From sequence record PP993148.1: 24,000 bases of DNA; one strand, 5' to 3'. The DNA comes from Klebsiella phage vB_KleM_kp20. This document shows, in pieces, positions 1-8,597 of the stretch (its first letter is position 1; the number at the start of each line of letters is the position of its first letter). The notes beneath the pieces are model-generated. The model searched no databases. It was given only the letters and a program-made list of their open reading frames with translations, and had not been told where the DNA came from. The translations under genes and the position numbers were made by a program.

Positions 1-1
1 C

Positions 2-166
2 GCAAACAAAGAAGTTGGGTTATACTGTCCTAACGGGCCGACCTACACGTGGGGAAACATTTCACAAGATATCGAATTCACTTTTGAAGAGTATGCAGTG
101 ATCATTGATACTTTGAAAATGGGTCGTAACATTCGTGAAAACAAAAACATGCTTGAGGGGTTTTAA
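2..166 (+). CDS. C-terminal fragment of an unidentified phage protein (gene starts before the window)
   Basis: Open frame from base 2 (ANKEVGLYCPNGPTYTWGNISQDIEFTFEEYAVIIDTLKMGRNIRENKNMLEGF*) ending with TAA immediately before the next ATG at 167. Confidence 0.6.
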   Translation, partial: ANKEVGLYCPNGPTYTWGNISQDIEFTFEEYAVIIDTLKMGRNIRENKNMLEGF

Positions 167-451
167 ATGAATATTCACCTTCCGCGCCTTTATGCTGAAT
201 TGGTTGCAGATCTGATTTTGAAAAGTGATCGTTCTACAATGGAAGATTACCACGATTGGGAACATCTGGACAATTTTGCAGAGGCTGTAGAAAACATGAT
301 CCGACTGGAAAAATCGATTGCTCGTTGTGGGCTTCGTCAGTTCGGTATGATGGCGGTAACTCCAGGCATGATCGAATCCGTTGATGTTGCTCCGGAAGTC
401 GCGCTATCATTGGCCTATTTCATGGAATCGTATAAGCGGGGTCGCGAATGA
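167..451 (+). CDS. hypothetical small phage protein (94 aa)
   Basis: ORF with a start adjacent to the upstream stop (TAAATG) and an ATGA overlap with the next gene at 448. Confidence 0.7.
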   Translation: MNIHLPRLYAELVADLILKSDRSTMEDYHDWEHLDNFAEAVENMIRLEKSIARCGLRQFGMMAVTPGMIESVDVAPEVALSLAYFMESYKRGRE

Positions 452-1118
452 GTCATTTACCCGTAGATTTTGTATTTGATTATGAAAGTATTGGCCCGTT
501 TCCAAAGGAAAACTAGCTGAACTTAGCTATGTTCCGTTTGTTGATGATCCTTATGATCCGCCTACCTTCCAGGAACTGATTGCTAAAGGAAGAAAGTACA
601 AATTTGACATCCGGAAACAACCAGAACGCATCAAAGATGAAAAAACGATCGAATGGTGGAAACAGCAATCTAAAGAAGCGCAAAGGGTTTTGTTCCCTTC
701 CGATATTGACATGGATTTGTACGAAGGTCATCGACAATTCTTTGCTGATTTAGCGGCTGACGGTGTGAGTCGTTGGCAGTCATACGATTATACACGCGGC
801 CCCGAATTCGATCGTTCTATGCTAACCGATGTTGTACGAACTATGACAGGGAAACTTGACACGTTTGAAGATATGCCGACCGTGTTCTGGAATAGCCGTG
901 ATGTGCGTACAGCTATTGAAAACCGTTTACTGACTCGCGGAGTGACCACGTGTCCACTACGTAAAGGCATGTTAGATGGATTCATTCAGCATGATTCGAT
1001 TCATGATTGCGCTAAAGATGCATTGATGTTAATCTATGCTAAACGTTATGCCCTGGGGCTGGAAGAACCTCCATCCTTAGAAGAGACAGACGAAAACAGC
1101 ATAGGAAAGAAACGATGA
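448..1118 (+). CDS. dexA: DexA-like 3'-5' exonuclease A, interrupted by an apparent -1 frameshift near 505-512
   Basis: ATG at 448 (MSHLPVDFVFDYESIGPFPK..) hits TAG at 514. The -1 frame continues as GKLAELSYVPFVDDPYDPPTFQELIAKGRKYKFDIRKQPERIKDEKTIEWWKQQS.. and the C-terminus TTCPLRKGMLDGFIQHDSIHDCAKDALMLIYAKRYALGLE closely matches T4 DexA as remembered. Confidence 0.85.
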
Positions 1119-1396
1119 TCACATTAACTATTATGGATCGCCATTACTACGGGAACACGATTAACGAAGCGAAAGCAAAAGCCTTTGATGATATCATTAA
1201 CCAGGATCTGGTTAAGATTGAATCTGATCGCTATGTCGTGCAACCAGGTGATAGCCTATATTCTATAGCAAAGAAACTGTATGGTGTTGGTGAACTTTGG
1301 CCTGATATCGCTAAAATCAACCGTGATTCTATTCCGGATGCACGTCTGATCCATCCTGGTATAGTTCTTCGATTGCCAAAACTGGTAAAAATTTAA
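1115..1396 (+). CDS. LysM-domain small protein
   Basis: ATGA overlap with the previous gene; YVVQPGDSLYSIAKKLYGVGELWPDIAKINRDSIPDARLIHPGIVLRLP is a typical LysM motif. Start could be 1115 or 1133. Confidence 0.85.
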   Translation: MITLTIMDRHYYGNTINEAKAKAFDDIINQDLVKIESDRYVVQPGDSLYSIAKKLYGVGELWPDIAKINRDSIPDARLIHPGIVLRLPKLVKI

Positions 1397-1399
1397 AAC

Positions 1400-1436
1400 A
1401 AAGCCCTTGACTTCGGTTGAGGGCTTTTGTTATATT
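1400..1436 (+). promoter_or_regulatory. Composite rho-independent terminator overlapping a sigma70-type promoter (element 1)
   Basis: Hairpin AAAGCCCTTGAC-TTCG-GTTGAGGGCTTTT (1400-1428). TTGACT (1407-1412) and TATATT (1431-1436) with an 18-nt spacer; AAAGGAG ribosome-binding site and ATG 1460 downstream. Confidence 0.7.
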
Positions 1437-1459
1437 GGGTTCTCAGAAAGGAGATTGAT

Positions 1460-1609
1460 ATGAATTTTACTAAATTTGAAATCCGGTTGTTGATTACGCT
1501 GGCTTTTTGCGGAGCTGTATCATTGATTAGTTTGTTAACGTATATCGCTGTAAGAACAACGATATGGCTTCATGACTGGTTTACTGTACTTGACACAATT
1601 AAGGGGTGA
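1460..1609 (+). CDS. small membrane protein (49 aa)
   Basis: RBS AAAGGAG at about 1447-1453; hydrophobic LLITLAFCGAVSLISLLTYIAV. Confidence 0.6.
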   Translation: MNFTKFEIRLLITLAFCGAVSLISLLTYIAVRTTIWLHDWFTVLDTIKG

Positions 1610-1612
1610 TTT

Positions 1613-1837
1613 ATGCGTATAGCGATTATTGGGGCGGCGTTGGGTGTAATTGGCGACCGTTTAGTAAACTGTATGATCGAAGAGTTAAAGTCACCACCCT
1701 ATCCATTTTCGATGGAATGGAACAACCAATTTCCTAATTTGGTTGGGGAAGAACCCACGATCCATAAAGTCAAACCATACCGAAATCCGGTTGTGTCTAA
1801 ATCATTGCATCGTCAATCAGTAAACAGGGGTAAATGA
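1613..1837 (+). CDS. hypothetical small protein (74 aa)
   Basis: Tightly packed ORF with ATGA overlap to the next. Confidence 0.55.
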   Translation: MRIAIIGAALGVIGDRLVNCMIEELKSPPYPFSMEWNNQFPNLVGEEPTIHKVKPYRNPVVSKSLHRQSVNRGK

Positions 1838-2136
1838 TGTCAGAATTTGCGTTAGCTATCCTTGTCGTGATTGTTGTAATGGGTTCGATCCTGTTTTGTC
1901 GCATGTATCAGTTAGATGATACACAGGAATGGTTGGACATTAACGAAAAACAGTTCCGTAAGCACTTTGCAGGTGAATTTGTTTTTGTGAAATTTCGTAG
2001 TGACTACAAGGTCGAGTTTGAGTTTGACGGAAAAGGGAACAACTACCACATAATCACTTCTGTTATTGATGCAAAGAAAATCTTTGATAAGACACAGGGC
2101 GGTGGGATCCGTAAATTGCTCAAAGAAATAAAATAG
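1834..2136 (+). CDS. hypothetical membrane-anchored protein (100 aa)
   Basis: N-terminal TM segment FALAILVVIVVMGSILFCRMY; ATGA overlap. Confidence 0.6.
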   Translation: MMSEFALAILVVIVVMGSILFCRMYQLDDTQEWLDINEKQFRKHFAGEFVFVKFRSDYKVEFEFDGKGNNYHIITSVIDAKKIFDKTQGGGIRKLLKEIK

Positions 2137-2147
2137 CACTTTTTGTT

Positions 2148-2200
2148 AAAAAGCCTCTTGCATTGCGGGAGGCTTTTTGGTATCTTGTATTCATCGAAAC
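2148..2200 (+). promoter_or_regulatory. Composite terminator/promoter with 5'-leader motif (element 2)
   Basis: Hairpin AAAAGCCTCTTGCATTGCGGGAGGCTTTTT; TTGCAT (2158-2163), 17-nt spacer, TATCTT (2181-2186); ATCGAAAC at 2193-2200, 6 nt after the -10. Confidence 0.65.
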
Positions 2201-2223
2201 GAAACAGAGAAAGGAATACGAAA

Positions 2224-2487
2224 ATGGTTAAAGTAAAATATGCAGCACACGTTAAAGCAGGTGAGATTGTTGGTTTAACTTTCGGTGCTGAAATTGGTTC
2301 TCAGTGGGCGCTGGTTGAAAAGGTAGAAGACCTGGGCGATAAAGTAGCAATCACTGTGAAAATGCAAAAACGTTTTACTAACCGTCCTGTAATCACTAAG
2401 AAAGTGAAGAAGGAAAAACGTGTTAATACTCAGACTTTCGAAGAATTCATGAACTGGTGCAAAATGTATAAACTGGATACCTACTAA
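2224..2487 (+). CDS. hypothetical basic protein (87 aa)
   Basis: ATG after AAAGGAATACGAAA; MVKVKYAAHVKAGEIVGLTFGAEIG... Confidence 0.65.
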   Translation: MVKVKYAAHVKAGEIVGLTFGAEIGSQWALVEKVEDLGDKVAITVKMQKRFTNRPVITKKVKKEKRVNTQTFEEFMNWCKMYKLDTY

Positions 2488-2510
2488 TAGCACTTTTTGT
2501 TAAAACATTC

Positions 2511-2544
2511 TGGGGTAGCTTTGGTATAGTTACCCCATCGAAAC
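2511..2544 (+). promoter_or_regulatory. Promoter-like element (element 3): inverted repeat spanning the -10, plus leader motif
   Basis: TATAGT (2525-2530) inside the loop of TGGGGTA(2511-2517)...TACCCCA(2531-2537); ATCGAAAC 2537-2544. No convincing -35 hexamer. Confidence 0.45.
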
Positions 2545-2560
2545 AAGGGAGGAAATTATT

Positions 2561-2737
2561 ATGATGGTTAACGGTTCTCTTTATCAACAAGCAGTTGCAC
2601 AATGGAAACAGAAAGTTCAGGATGCAGAACGCGGGATCGCTTATTGTGATGAAGCGTTGGCAAGCAATCTTGAAAACTGGGAACGCAAAGAGTACGAGAA
2701 AGTTAAGCAACGCCATTTGAACGAACTCCTGCATTAA
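2561..2737 (+). CDS. hypothetical small protein (about 58 aa)
   Basis: ATGATGGTTAACGG... after GGGAGG RBS; open to TAA 2735-2737. Below the ORF-track size cut. Confidence 0.6.
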   Translation: MMVNGSLYQQAVAQWKQKVQDAERGIAYCDEALASNLENWERKEYEKVKQRHLNELLH

Positions 2738-2776
2738 AAGAACACTTAAAATATTTGATGGATAACGAAAAAAGCC

Positions 2777-2819
2777 TTGCATAGAATAACCATCTTTGAT
2801 ATAGTACTTACATCGAAAC
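2777..2819 (+). promoter_or_regulatory. Sigma70-type promoter with 5'-leader motif (element 4)
   Basis: TTGCAT (2777-2782), 17-nt spacer, TATAGT (2800-2805); ATCGAAAC 2812-2819. Confidence 0.65.
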
Positions 2820-2843
2820 GAAACACACTTTAGGAGATATACC

Positions 2844-3173
2844 ATGAACACTTTCGAAATCCTCGCAGAAAAAGCAGCCCCTTTCATGGAAGCAATGTAC
2901 AAAGCGCGTAACGCTCGTTTCCAAGATTCTCCTTTCGAAACTGTTTTCTTTCTGGAGAAAGGCCGCAAATATCATCGCGTTGTTCAGGATACTCGCAACA
3001 AAGAAACTGGTGAAATGTTCAATCAGCGTTCTGTTGCCGCCTTCATCGATAATGATGGTAATATCCTGAAACCTGCAAGCTGGAAAGCACCAGCAAAAGG
3101 CATTCGTGGTAATATCTTCAATGACGCAGACCGCGCGATTGACCAAAGCGGTTATGTGATTTATCTTCGTTAA
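2844..3173 (+). CDS. conserved phage protein with KAPAKG motif (109 aa)
   Basis: Good RBS (TTTAGGAG); EKGRKYHRVV...VAAFIDNDGNILKPASWKAPAKGIRGNIF resembles a widespread uncharacterised phage family. Confidence 0.75.
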   Translation: MNTFEILAEKAAPFMEAMYKARNARFQDSPFETVFFLEKGRKYHRVVQDTRNKETGEMFNQRSVAAFIDNDGNILKPASWKAPAKGIRGNIFNDADRAIDQSGYVIYLR

Positions 3174-3174
3174 C

Positions 3175-3195
3175 AAAGGGGCTTCGGCCCTTTTT
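3175..3195 (+). terminator. rho-independent terminator
   Basis: AAAGGGGCTTCGGCCCTTTTT hairpin with UUCG loop and T-tract. Confidence 0.7.
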
Positions 3196-3212
3196 CTTAA
3201 AAGGAATATAGC

Positions 3213-3808
3213 ATGAGTAACAAAAACGAAGACGCTAAAATCTGGAAAGCTGTAGGGGTTATGGCTGTAATCGCTGTTGTGGGTTACTATGCGTATAATT
3301 CCTGGCAAGAAACGATTGATGCGCAAGTACAGGAACAACAAAAAGCCGACGCAATCGAACAGCATAACCAGCTTATGCAATTGCGCTCGCTGGGATATAC
3401 CACGAAGGAAGATTTTAAAAATTCCTTTGGTGACTATACCGGATCCCTTTATACCGCGTGGGGAATGACTGACGGCGATTACATGTACATTGAAACAGAT
3501 CGTTATAATGTCCCACAAAGTGTATGTTTCTATAGTACGCCGAGAGACAACGGCAAAATCACGTCATACGCACCAGAATTCAAAACGATTTCTGTTGATA
3601 TGAAGATTGACGGGGAGAAACCCTATCATTTGCCGCTAAAGGAAACAACGGATCCGAGCGGTTGTGTCTTCTTTCTCCTACTCGTTTCTTACGCAACATT
3701 CAAGACGCGAGTAATTTAAAAATTGCTTTACCATACATCAACCATTATGATATTGTTGATGAAGTAAAAGAATGGAACGTATCGCAAATCGGGGTGAAAT
3801 TCAAATGA
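3213..3808 (+). CDS. hypothetical N-terminally TM-anchored protein, interrupted by an apparent -1 frameshift near 3669-3676
   Basis: Frame 0 ends at 3719 after a low-plausibility tail. The -1 frame gives ..GCVFF-SPTRFLRNIQDASNLKIALPYINHYDIVDEVKEWNVSQIGVKFK*, ending in ATGA overlap with the next gene. Confidence 0.6.
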
Positions 3809-4068
3809 GAAAAGCACGTAAAACTAATGCAGTGTTGATGATTAACGGTGAAGTAGGAAAATCTTGCACCAATTCTAAATTCATGCACATTGCAGGGCTT
3901 CCGGGCATGACGCTTAAAACGTCGTATGATACCCATTACAACGAAGAAACTACTTCGGTATACATGGGAGAAGATCTAATGGCTGAACGCATCATGCAAT
4001 GCATTCACTTCCTGGTGAACGTCCTTCAATTGATTGTTATATTTTTGGCTACCATAAAGGTATTGTAA
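3805..4068 (+). CDS. hypothetical protein with C-terminal TM segment
   Basis: ATGA overlap with the reconstructed upstream gene; MRKARKTNAVLMINGEVGKSC...VLQLIVIFLATIKVL. Confidence 0.55.
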   Translation: MRKARKTNAVLMINGEVGKSCTNSKFMHIAGLPGMTLKTSYDTHYNEETTSVYMGEDLMAERIMQCIHFLVNVLQLIVIFLATIKVL

Positions 4069-4653
4069 ATGAATCTGTATAAAGAAAATGATCTCTATGT
4101 TTCTGCATTTGGCCTACTCACGTATCACAGTATGTCGGCTGGATACGGGAAAGAGTTCGATTTTGTAGCAAGCGTTAAACGACATTTGGAACGCAGCGGC
4201 GGGTTGTCTATTCCGCGCCAAATCCATTATGTTTGTAAAGAAGGGGTGTTTTTGAATGGTGTTCCTCATGTGATCCCTTTCAACGTGTTTGAAAACTATT
4301 TTACAAAATACGTTGTTCAACAAACGGAGACGACATCCGAGAATACTGCAACGCGAGAAGAAACGGCGATCGTACTTGATAAGTTTTTTGAAATCGCTCA
4401 TAAAGTGAAGAAACGCACGAAGAGTGATGTGGTTCATCACCTATCAGCGGAAGTTGGCGAGATCAGCGAATGTCTCATTCAGCCTCAACGCGGCGGTAAT
4501 ATCGTTGAAGAAAGTATTGATGCGATTGTGTGCGCACTTGATGTGATTTACCTGGAACTGGGTACTACTCACGGACGGTACGAAATTGCAAAAATTATCA
4601 ACGAAATGCTTGCAGAAAAATTAGATAAGTGGTATCGTACTTGTAAACCTTGA
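4069..4653 (+). CDS. MazG-like nucleotide pyrophosphohydrolase-domain protein with an extra N-terminal region (194 aa)
   Basis: C-terminal half HLSAEVGEISECLIQP...NIVEESIDAIVCALDVIYLELG matches the ExxE/ExxD helical pattern of MazG-like proteins. Confidence 0.65.
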   Translation: MNLYKENDLYVSAFGLLTYHSMSAGYGKEFDFVASVKRHLERSGGLSIPRQIHYVCKEGVFLNGVPHVIPFNVFENYFTKYVVQQTETTSENTATREETAIVLDKFFEIAHKVKKRTKSDVVHHLSAEVGEISECLIQPQRGGNIVEESIDAIVCALDVIYLELGTTHGRYEIAKIINEMLAEKLDKWYRTCKP

Positions 4654-4675
4654 GTTTACTTGTGAGGATTATATC

Positions 4676-5116
4676 ATGTTCGTATATCGTGTGGAATTTT
4701 CTTGTTCTTTCTGGAATGATTGTACAGAAAAATGGCAAACAAAAAGCGGCCCATATGTCAATCGTTATGTGTCAATGGATACCGCTGAATGGCTGGATCA
4801 ATTCTGTATGAATCCTGATATCTATATTGATATGGATGATAACCGACATCCAGCACCGGATGACGATAATCGATTGATGCGCAACCTTGAAAAAGATAAT
4901 ATAGACTTTCAAGAGGCTGGGTTATACTTTGGTTTTCAGTCAATACAGCGCCTTTCTCGTTGGTTCAATGCATATGAACGCGAGTACATGCACAATGTTG
5001 GTTTCGTCTGCATGGTATACGAAGTTGAAAAGTTGTATCCGGGCGCACGTCAATGTGTTTTTGACATAGACAAAGCCCGTTTAGTTAAGATGTTGAGTTT
5101 AAAAGAGATTTATTAA
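4676..5116 (+). CDS. hypothetical protein (146 aa)
   Basis: ORF with TAATG junction to the next gene. Confidence 0.6.
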   Translation: MFVYRVEFSCSFWNDCTEKWQTKSGPYVNRYVSMDTAEWLDQFCMNPDIYIDMDDNRHPAPDDDNRLMRNLEKDNIDFQEAGLYFGFQSIQRLSRWFNAYEREYMHNVGFVCMVYEVEKLYPGARQCVFDIDKARLVKMLSLKEIY

Positions 5117-5331
5117 TGCCTACCTATACCTATAAATGTACCAAGTGTGAAAAAGAATTCCCGAAGATGTCAAGCATCGCAAGCCGCGACGAACCGAAAG
5201 ATTGTGATTGCGGAGGCGAAGCAAAACGAACGGTTGATAAACCTCAAATGGTTCGTGATGGTTTCCTTATAACAAGTAAACCCCGAAAGGGGTTTTCTTT
5301 TCATAGAACCCTATATAATGTCAGTGATTAA
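5116..5331 (+). CDS. FmdB-type zinc-ribbon small protein; the 3' end may be frameshifted because the annotated frame reads through the terminator
   Basis: MPTYTYKCTKCEKEFPKMSSIASRDEPKDCDCGGEAKRTV: PTYxYxCxxC zinc ribbon. The -1 frame would end at TAA 5277-5279, directly before the hairpin. Confidence 0.7.
   Translation: MPTYTYKCTKCEKEFPKMSSIASRDEPKDCDCGGEAKRTVDKPQMVRDGFLITSKPRKGFSFHRTLYNVSD
5278..5301 (+). terminator. rho-independent terminator
   Basis: AAACCCCGAAAGGGGTTTTCTTTT; followed by TATAAT at 5314-5319, a possible promoter with a weak -35. Confidence 0.6.
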
Positions 5332-5345
5332 ACAAAGAGGTGAAT

Positions 5346-7242
5346 ATGAGTTTAGATTTTCTTCTGGCAGATGATGAACCAGAACAGAAACCACAACCAG
5401 CCAAAAAAGGCGCAAAGGTTGACGAATCATTTTGTATGAGCGATCGCGATCATATTCGGTTGCGTCCAAATATGTACGTCGGATCGGTTAACAAAGAAGC
5501 GCATGAACGTTTCATAATGGGCCAATATCGCAAGGTTGAGTACGTGGAAGGGTTGGTTAAAATCATCAACGAAATCCTTGATAACTCGATTGATGAAGCG
5601 ATCCGAACTGAATTCAAACATGCTAATAAGATTGATGTAACCATTGATCATAATCTGGTTAAAATCTCTGATAACGGGCGCGGTATTCCCAGGATGATGT
5701 AAAAACCCCAGATGGGAAAATAGTTCCTAAACCAGTTGCGGCATGGACTATGGCAAAATCGGGTTCTAACTTCGATGATAAAAACCGCGTAACGTTGGGT
5801 ATGAATGGTGTTGGTTCTTTCCTGACAAACTGTTATAGCTCGATTTTTATTGGCGAGACTGCAAACGGGAAACGCAAAGTAACCATTAACTGTACGGACG
5901 GCGCACAGAACATCGATTACCGAACCAGCCCCAGTAAAGAACAGGGTACTACTGTTAAGTTTACTCCAGACTTCTCTATGTTTGGTGTAACTGGTATCGA
6001 TGAAGAAACCAAAGAAGTGATTAAGGATCGCTTAATGGCCCTTGCCGTTGCTTTCCCGTCTGTGAAATTCACATATAACGGCGAAACGCTCTCTAATCGC
6101 TTCCCGCTGTACGCTTCCATGTATGGGGATAAAACCATTGTCCAGACAAATAATCGCCTCAGCTTCATTCTGGCGAGCACTGAGGACGGGTTTAAACAGA
6201 AATCCTTTGTTAACGGTCTGGATACGAAAAACGGCGGTGTTCATGTTGAGTGTATGATTGATGGTATCTATTCTGAACTTGAACCGATGATCAAGAAAAA
6301 GCATAGTATCGAGATCCCGAAAGCACGTGTAAAAGAATGCTTAACTCTTGTGGTATTCCTGCATAACTTTAATGCACCTGCATTCGATAGCCAAACAAAA
6401 GAGCGATTAGCAAATACAGCAGGTGAGTTTAACAATCATGCGAATTTGAACTACAAAAAGATCGCAAAAATGATTATGGATACCCCAGAAATCATTACTC
6501 CGATCATTGAATCCGCATTGATTCGTAAACAAGCAGCAGAAGCCGCCGCGATCACCAAAGCGAAAAAGAAAGCGAAAAAGGCAAAAATTGCTAAACACGT
6601 TCCGGCTTCCGGTATTGATACCCTGGGGTAGAAACAACATTGTTTCTGACAGAAGGTGATTCCGCTGTTGGTCAGTTCATCGAATGCCGTAATGAAGAAA
6701 CACAAGGCGCTTTCCCGCTACGTGGTAAGCCTCTGAATACATGGGGTATGAGTTTTACAGACATTATCAAAAACAAAGAACTGTTTGAGCTAATGGCTAT
6801 CCTCAATATTCATCCTGGTGATACTTCCGGAATGACTTATGATAATATCGGCATCATGGTCGATGCTGACGTTGACGGCGGCGACATTTTAACTCTGTTG
6901 CTTGCATTCTTTAGCCGTTGGCCTTCTTTGTTCACTGAGAAACGGATCCGATATATTCGAACCCCGATCGTTATCGCTAAAGTTGGGCGCGAGGAAAAAT
7001 GGTTCTATTCTCTTGATGAGTTTGCACCGTTCCGCGATAAAGCAAAAGATGTACGATATATCAAGGGGCTGGGTTCTTTACGCAAAGAAGATTACGACCG
7101 TGTTCTGGGTGATCAGTTGAAGTATGATGTCATTGTACTTGACGACGAATACAAAGAAGTGTTAGAACTATGCTTCGGCGACGAATCTGATCCGCGTAAA
7201 GATTGGGTTAATGGAAAACACAAATTTTCTAAGGTTGACTAA
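5346..7242 (+). CDS. 39: DNA topoisomerase II large subunit, T4 gp39+gp60 as one gene, with two apparent -1 frameshifts (about 5688-5693 and 6625-6628)
   Basis: GHKL ATPase: LRPNMYVGS, EILDNSIDEAIR, DNGRGIP; continues in the -1 frame as Q-DD-VKTPDGKIVPKPVAAWTMAKSGSNFDDKNRVTLGMNGVGS; TOPRIM: TTLFLTEGDSAVG, PLRGKPLNTWGMS, GIMVDADVDG, RYIKGLGSL. Matches T4 gp39 and gp60 as remembered. Confidence 0.93.
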
Positions 7243-8527
7243 TGGAAAGAAGTATTAAAGATGTTGTACAGGTGGAAGGGCTAACGTTTGCCCTTTACAC
7301 GATTTATTCACGTGCGATCCCGCACCTGGTAGACGGGTTTAAACCCGTTCACCGTTTCTTTATTCACTCTGCGATGCAGGGCGGAACGGGATTTCAGAAA
7401 GTAGCTTCTATCGCTGGCGGTGTTGCTATGTATGGGTATCACCACGGGAAACCTCTGTAGAAGAAGCGTTATCCCTTATGGCGGCGCACTGGTGCAATAA
7501 CATTCCGTTATTCGACCGTGATGGGTTCTTTGGTTCCCGTTTGGTTAAGAAACCTGGCGCACCTCGTTACATCAAGTGCAAACTATCGCCAATATTCAAA
7601 GCAATTTATATGGATGGTGATTTAACGCCAGTTCATGAAGATCCGGAACATGTACCGCCAGCGTACTATCTCCCGATCATCCCGATGGTACTGGTTAACG
7701 GGTTTAGCGGGATTGCAAAAGCATATGCAACAAACATTCCGCCTCATGATCCTAAATCGGTTGTTAACGGGTGCATTGCATATCTGAATGATAAAGATTT
7801 CACACTGGATCTGAAATACCCTTACTTTAAAGGTGAAATCACAGACGGGACAATTTACGGCACGTATGAATTGCAAGGTAAAACCAAATTGGTGATCACC
7901 GAGATCCCAGTGAAGTATGACCGTGTGAAATACATTGCAATCCTTGACAAGCTGGAAGAAAAAGGCGTTATCGTTAGCTACAAGGATCTATCGAAAGAAG
8001 ATTTTCGTTATGAAGTAACGCTCAAGCGAGAGTATGCCAACGGGTTAACCCGCGAAAAGATCCTAAAAGATTTCGGGTTGATTGAAAATTCAAACCCAAA
8101 CATTAACGTTATCTTTGAGGGTAAATTATACTCATATGAACGCCCTGAAACGCTTCTAAAGGATTTCGTTGATATTCGTATGAATGTATATCAACAGCGT
8201 ATCAATAAGCGTATCCAGGAAACTAAGGAAGCGTTAGATAAAGCACTGGCAAAGGTTGCGTTTATTGCTCAAATGGTAGAATCTCCTGATTCTCTGCGTG
8301 GCCTTAGTCGCAGCGAAGCGGTTAAATTTGTGTCTACGTGGATAGGTTGCGAGAATCATGCCGAAATGTTAGTGGCTATGAACATCTACCATCTAACCAC
8401 GGACGAAAGCAAAAAGCTGGAAGACGAAGCCGAAGAATTGCGTAAACAGTTGAAATACTGGGAAGAAACAACCCCTAAAATTGAGTATCTCAATGATTTA
8501 AAAGAACTTTCTAAGAAGTTGAAATAA
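7242..8527 (+). CDS. 52: DNA topoisomerase II medium subunit (T4 gp52), with an apparent -1 frameshift at about 7446-7453
   Basis: TAATG junction with gene 39; YTIYSRAIPHLVDGFKPVHRFF, SIAGGVAMYGYHHGK | SVEEALSLMAAHWCNNIPLFDRDGFFGSR, APRYIKCKLS, PPAYYLPIIPMVLVNG, NPNINVIFEGK. Confidence 0.93.
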
Positions 8528-8531
8528 TAAC

Positions 8532-8567
8532 AAAGCCTCTTGCAATGCAGGGGCTTTTTGCTATATT
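8532..8567 (+). promoter_or_regulatory. Composite terminator/promoter (element 5)
   Basis: Hairpin AAAGCCTCTTGCAATGCAGGGGCTTTTT; TTGCAA (8540-8545), 16-nt spacer, TATATT (8562-8567). Confidence 0.6.
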
Positions 8568-8597
8568 GGTTTTGTACCAAGCAAAGGAGATTCTAAA

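Noticed and set aside
2447-3518. Long - strand ORFs 2447-2968 and 2808-3518
   Set aside because: They overlap well-supported + strand genes, promoters, and a terminator; composition consistent with the reverse complement of coding DNA
6800-6960. A T4 gene 60-style 50-nt translational hop
   Set aside because: The TOPRIM region is continuous in one frame with no inserted sequence
5340-8527. Topoisomerase genes interrupted by introns, homing endonucleases, or mobile bypass elements
   Set aside because: At all three breaks the homologous protein resumes immediately in the -1 frame; there is no extra DNA between the fragments
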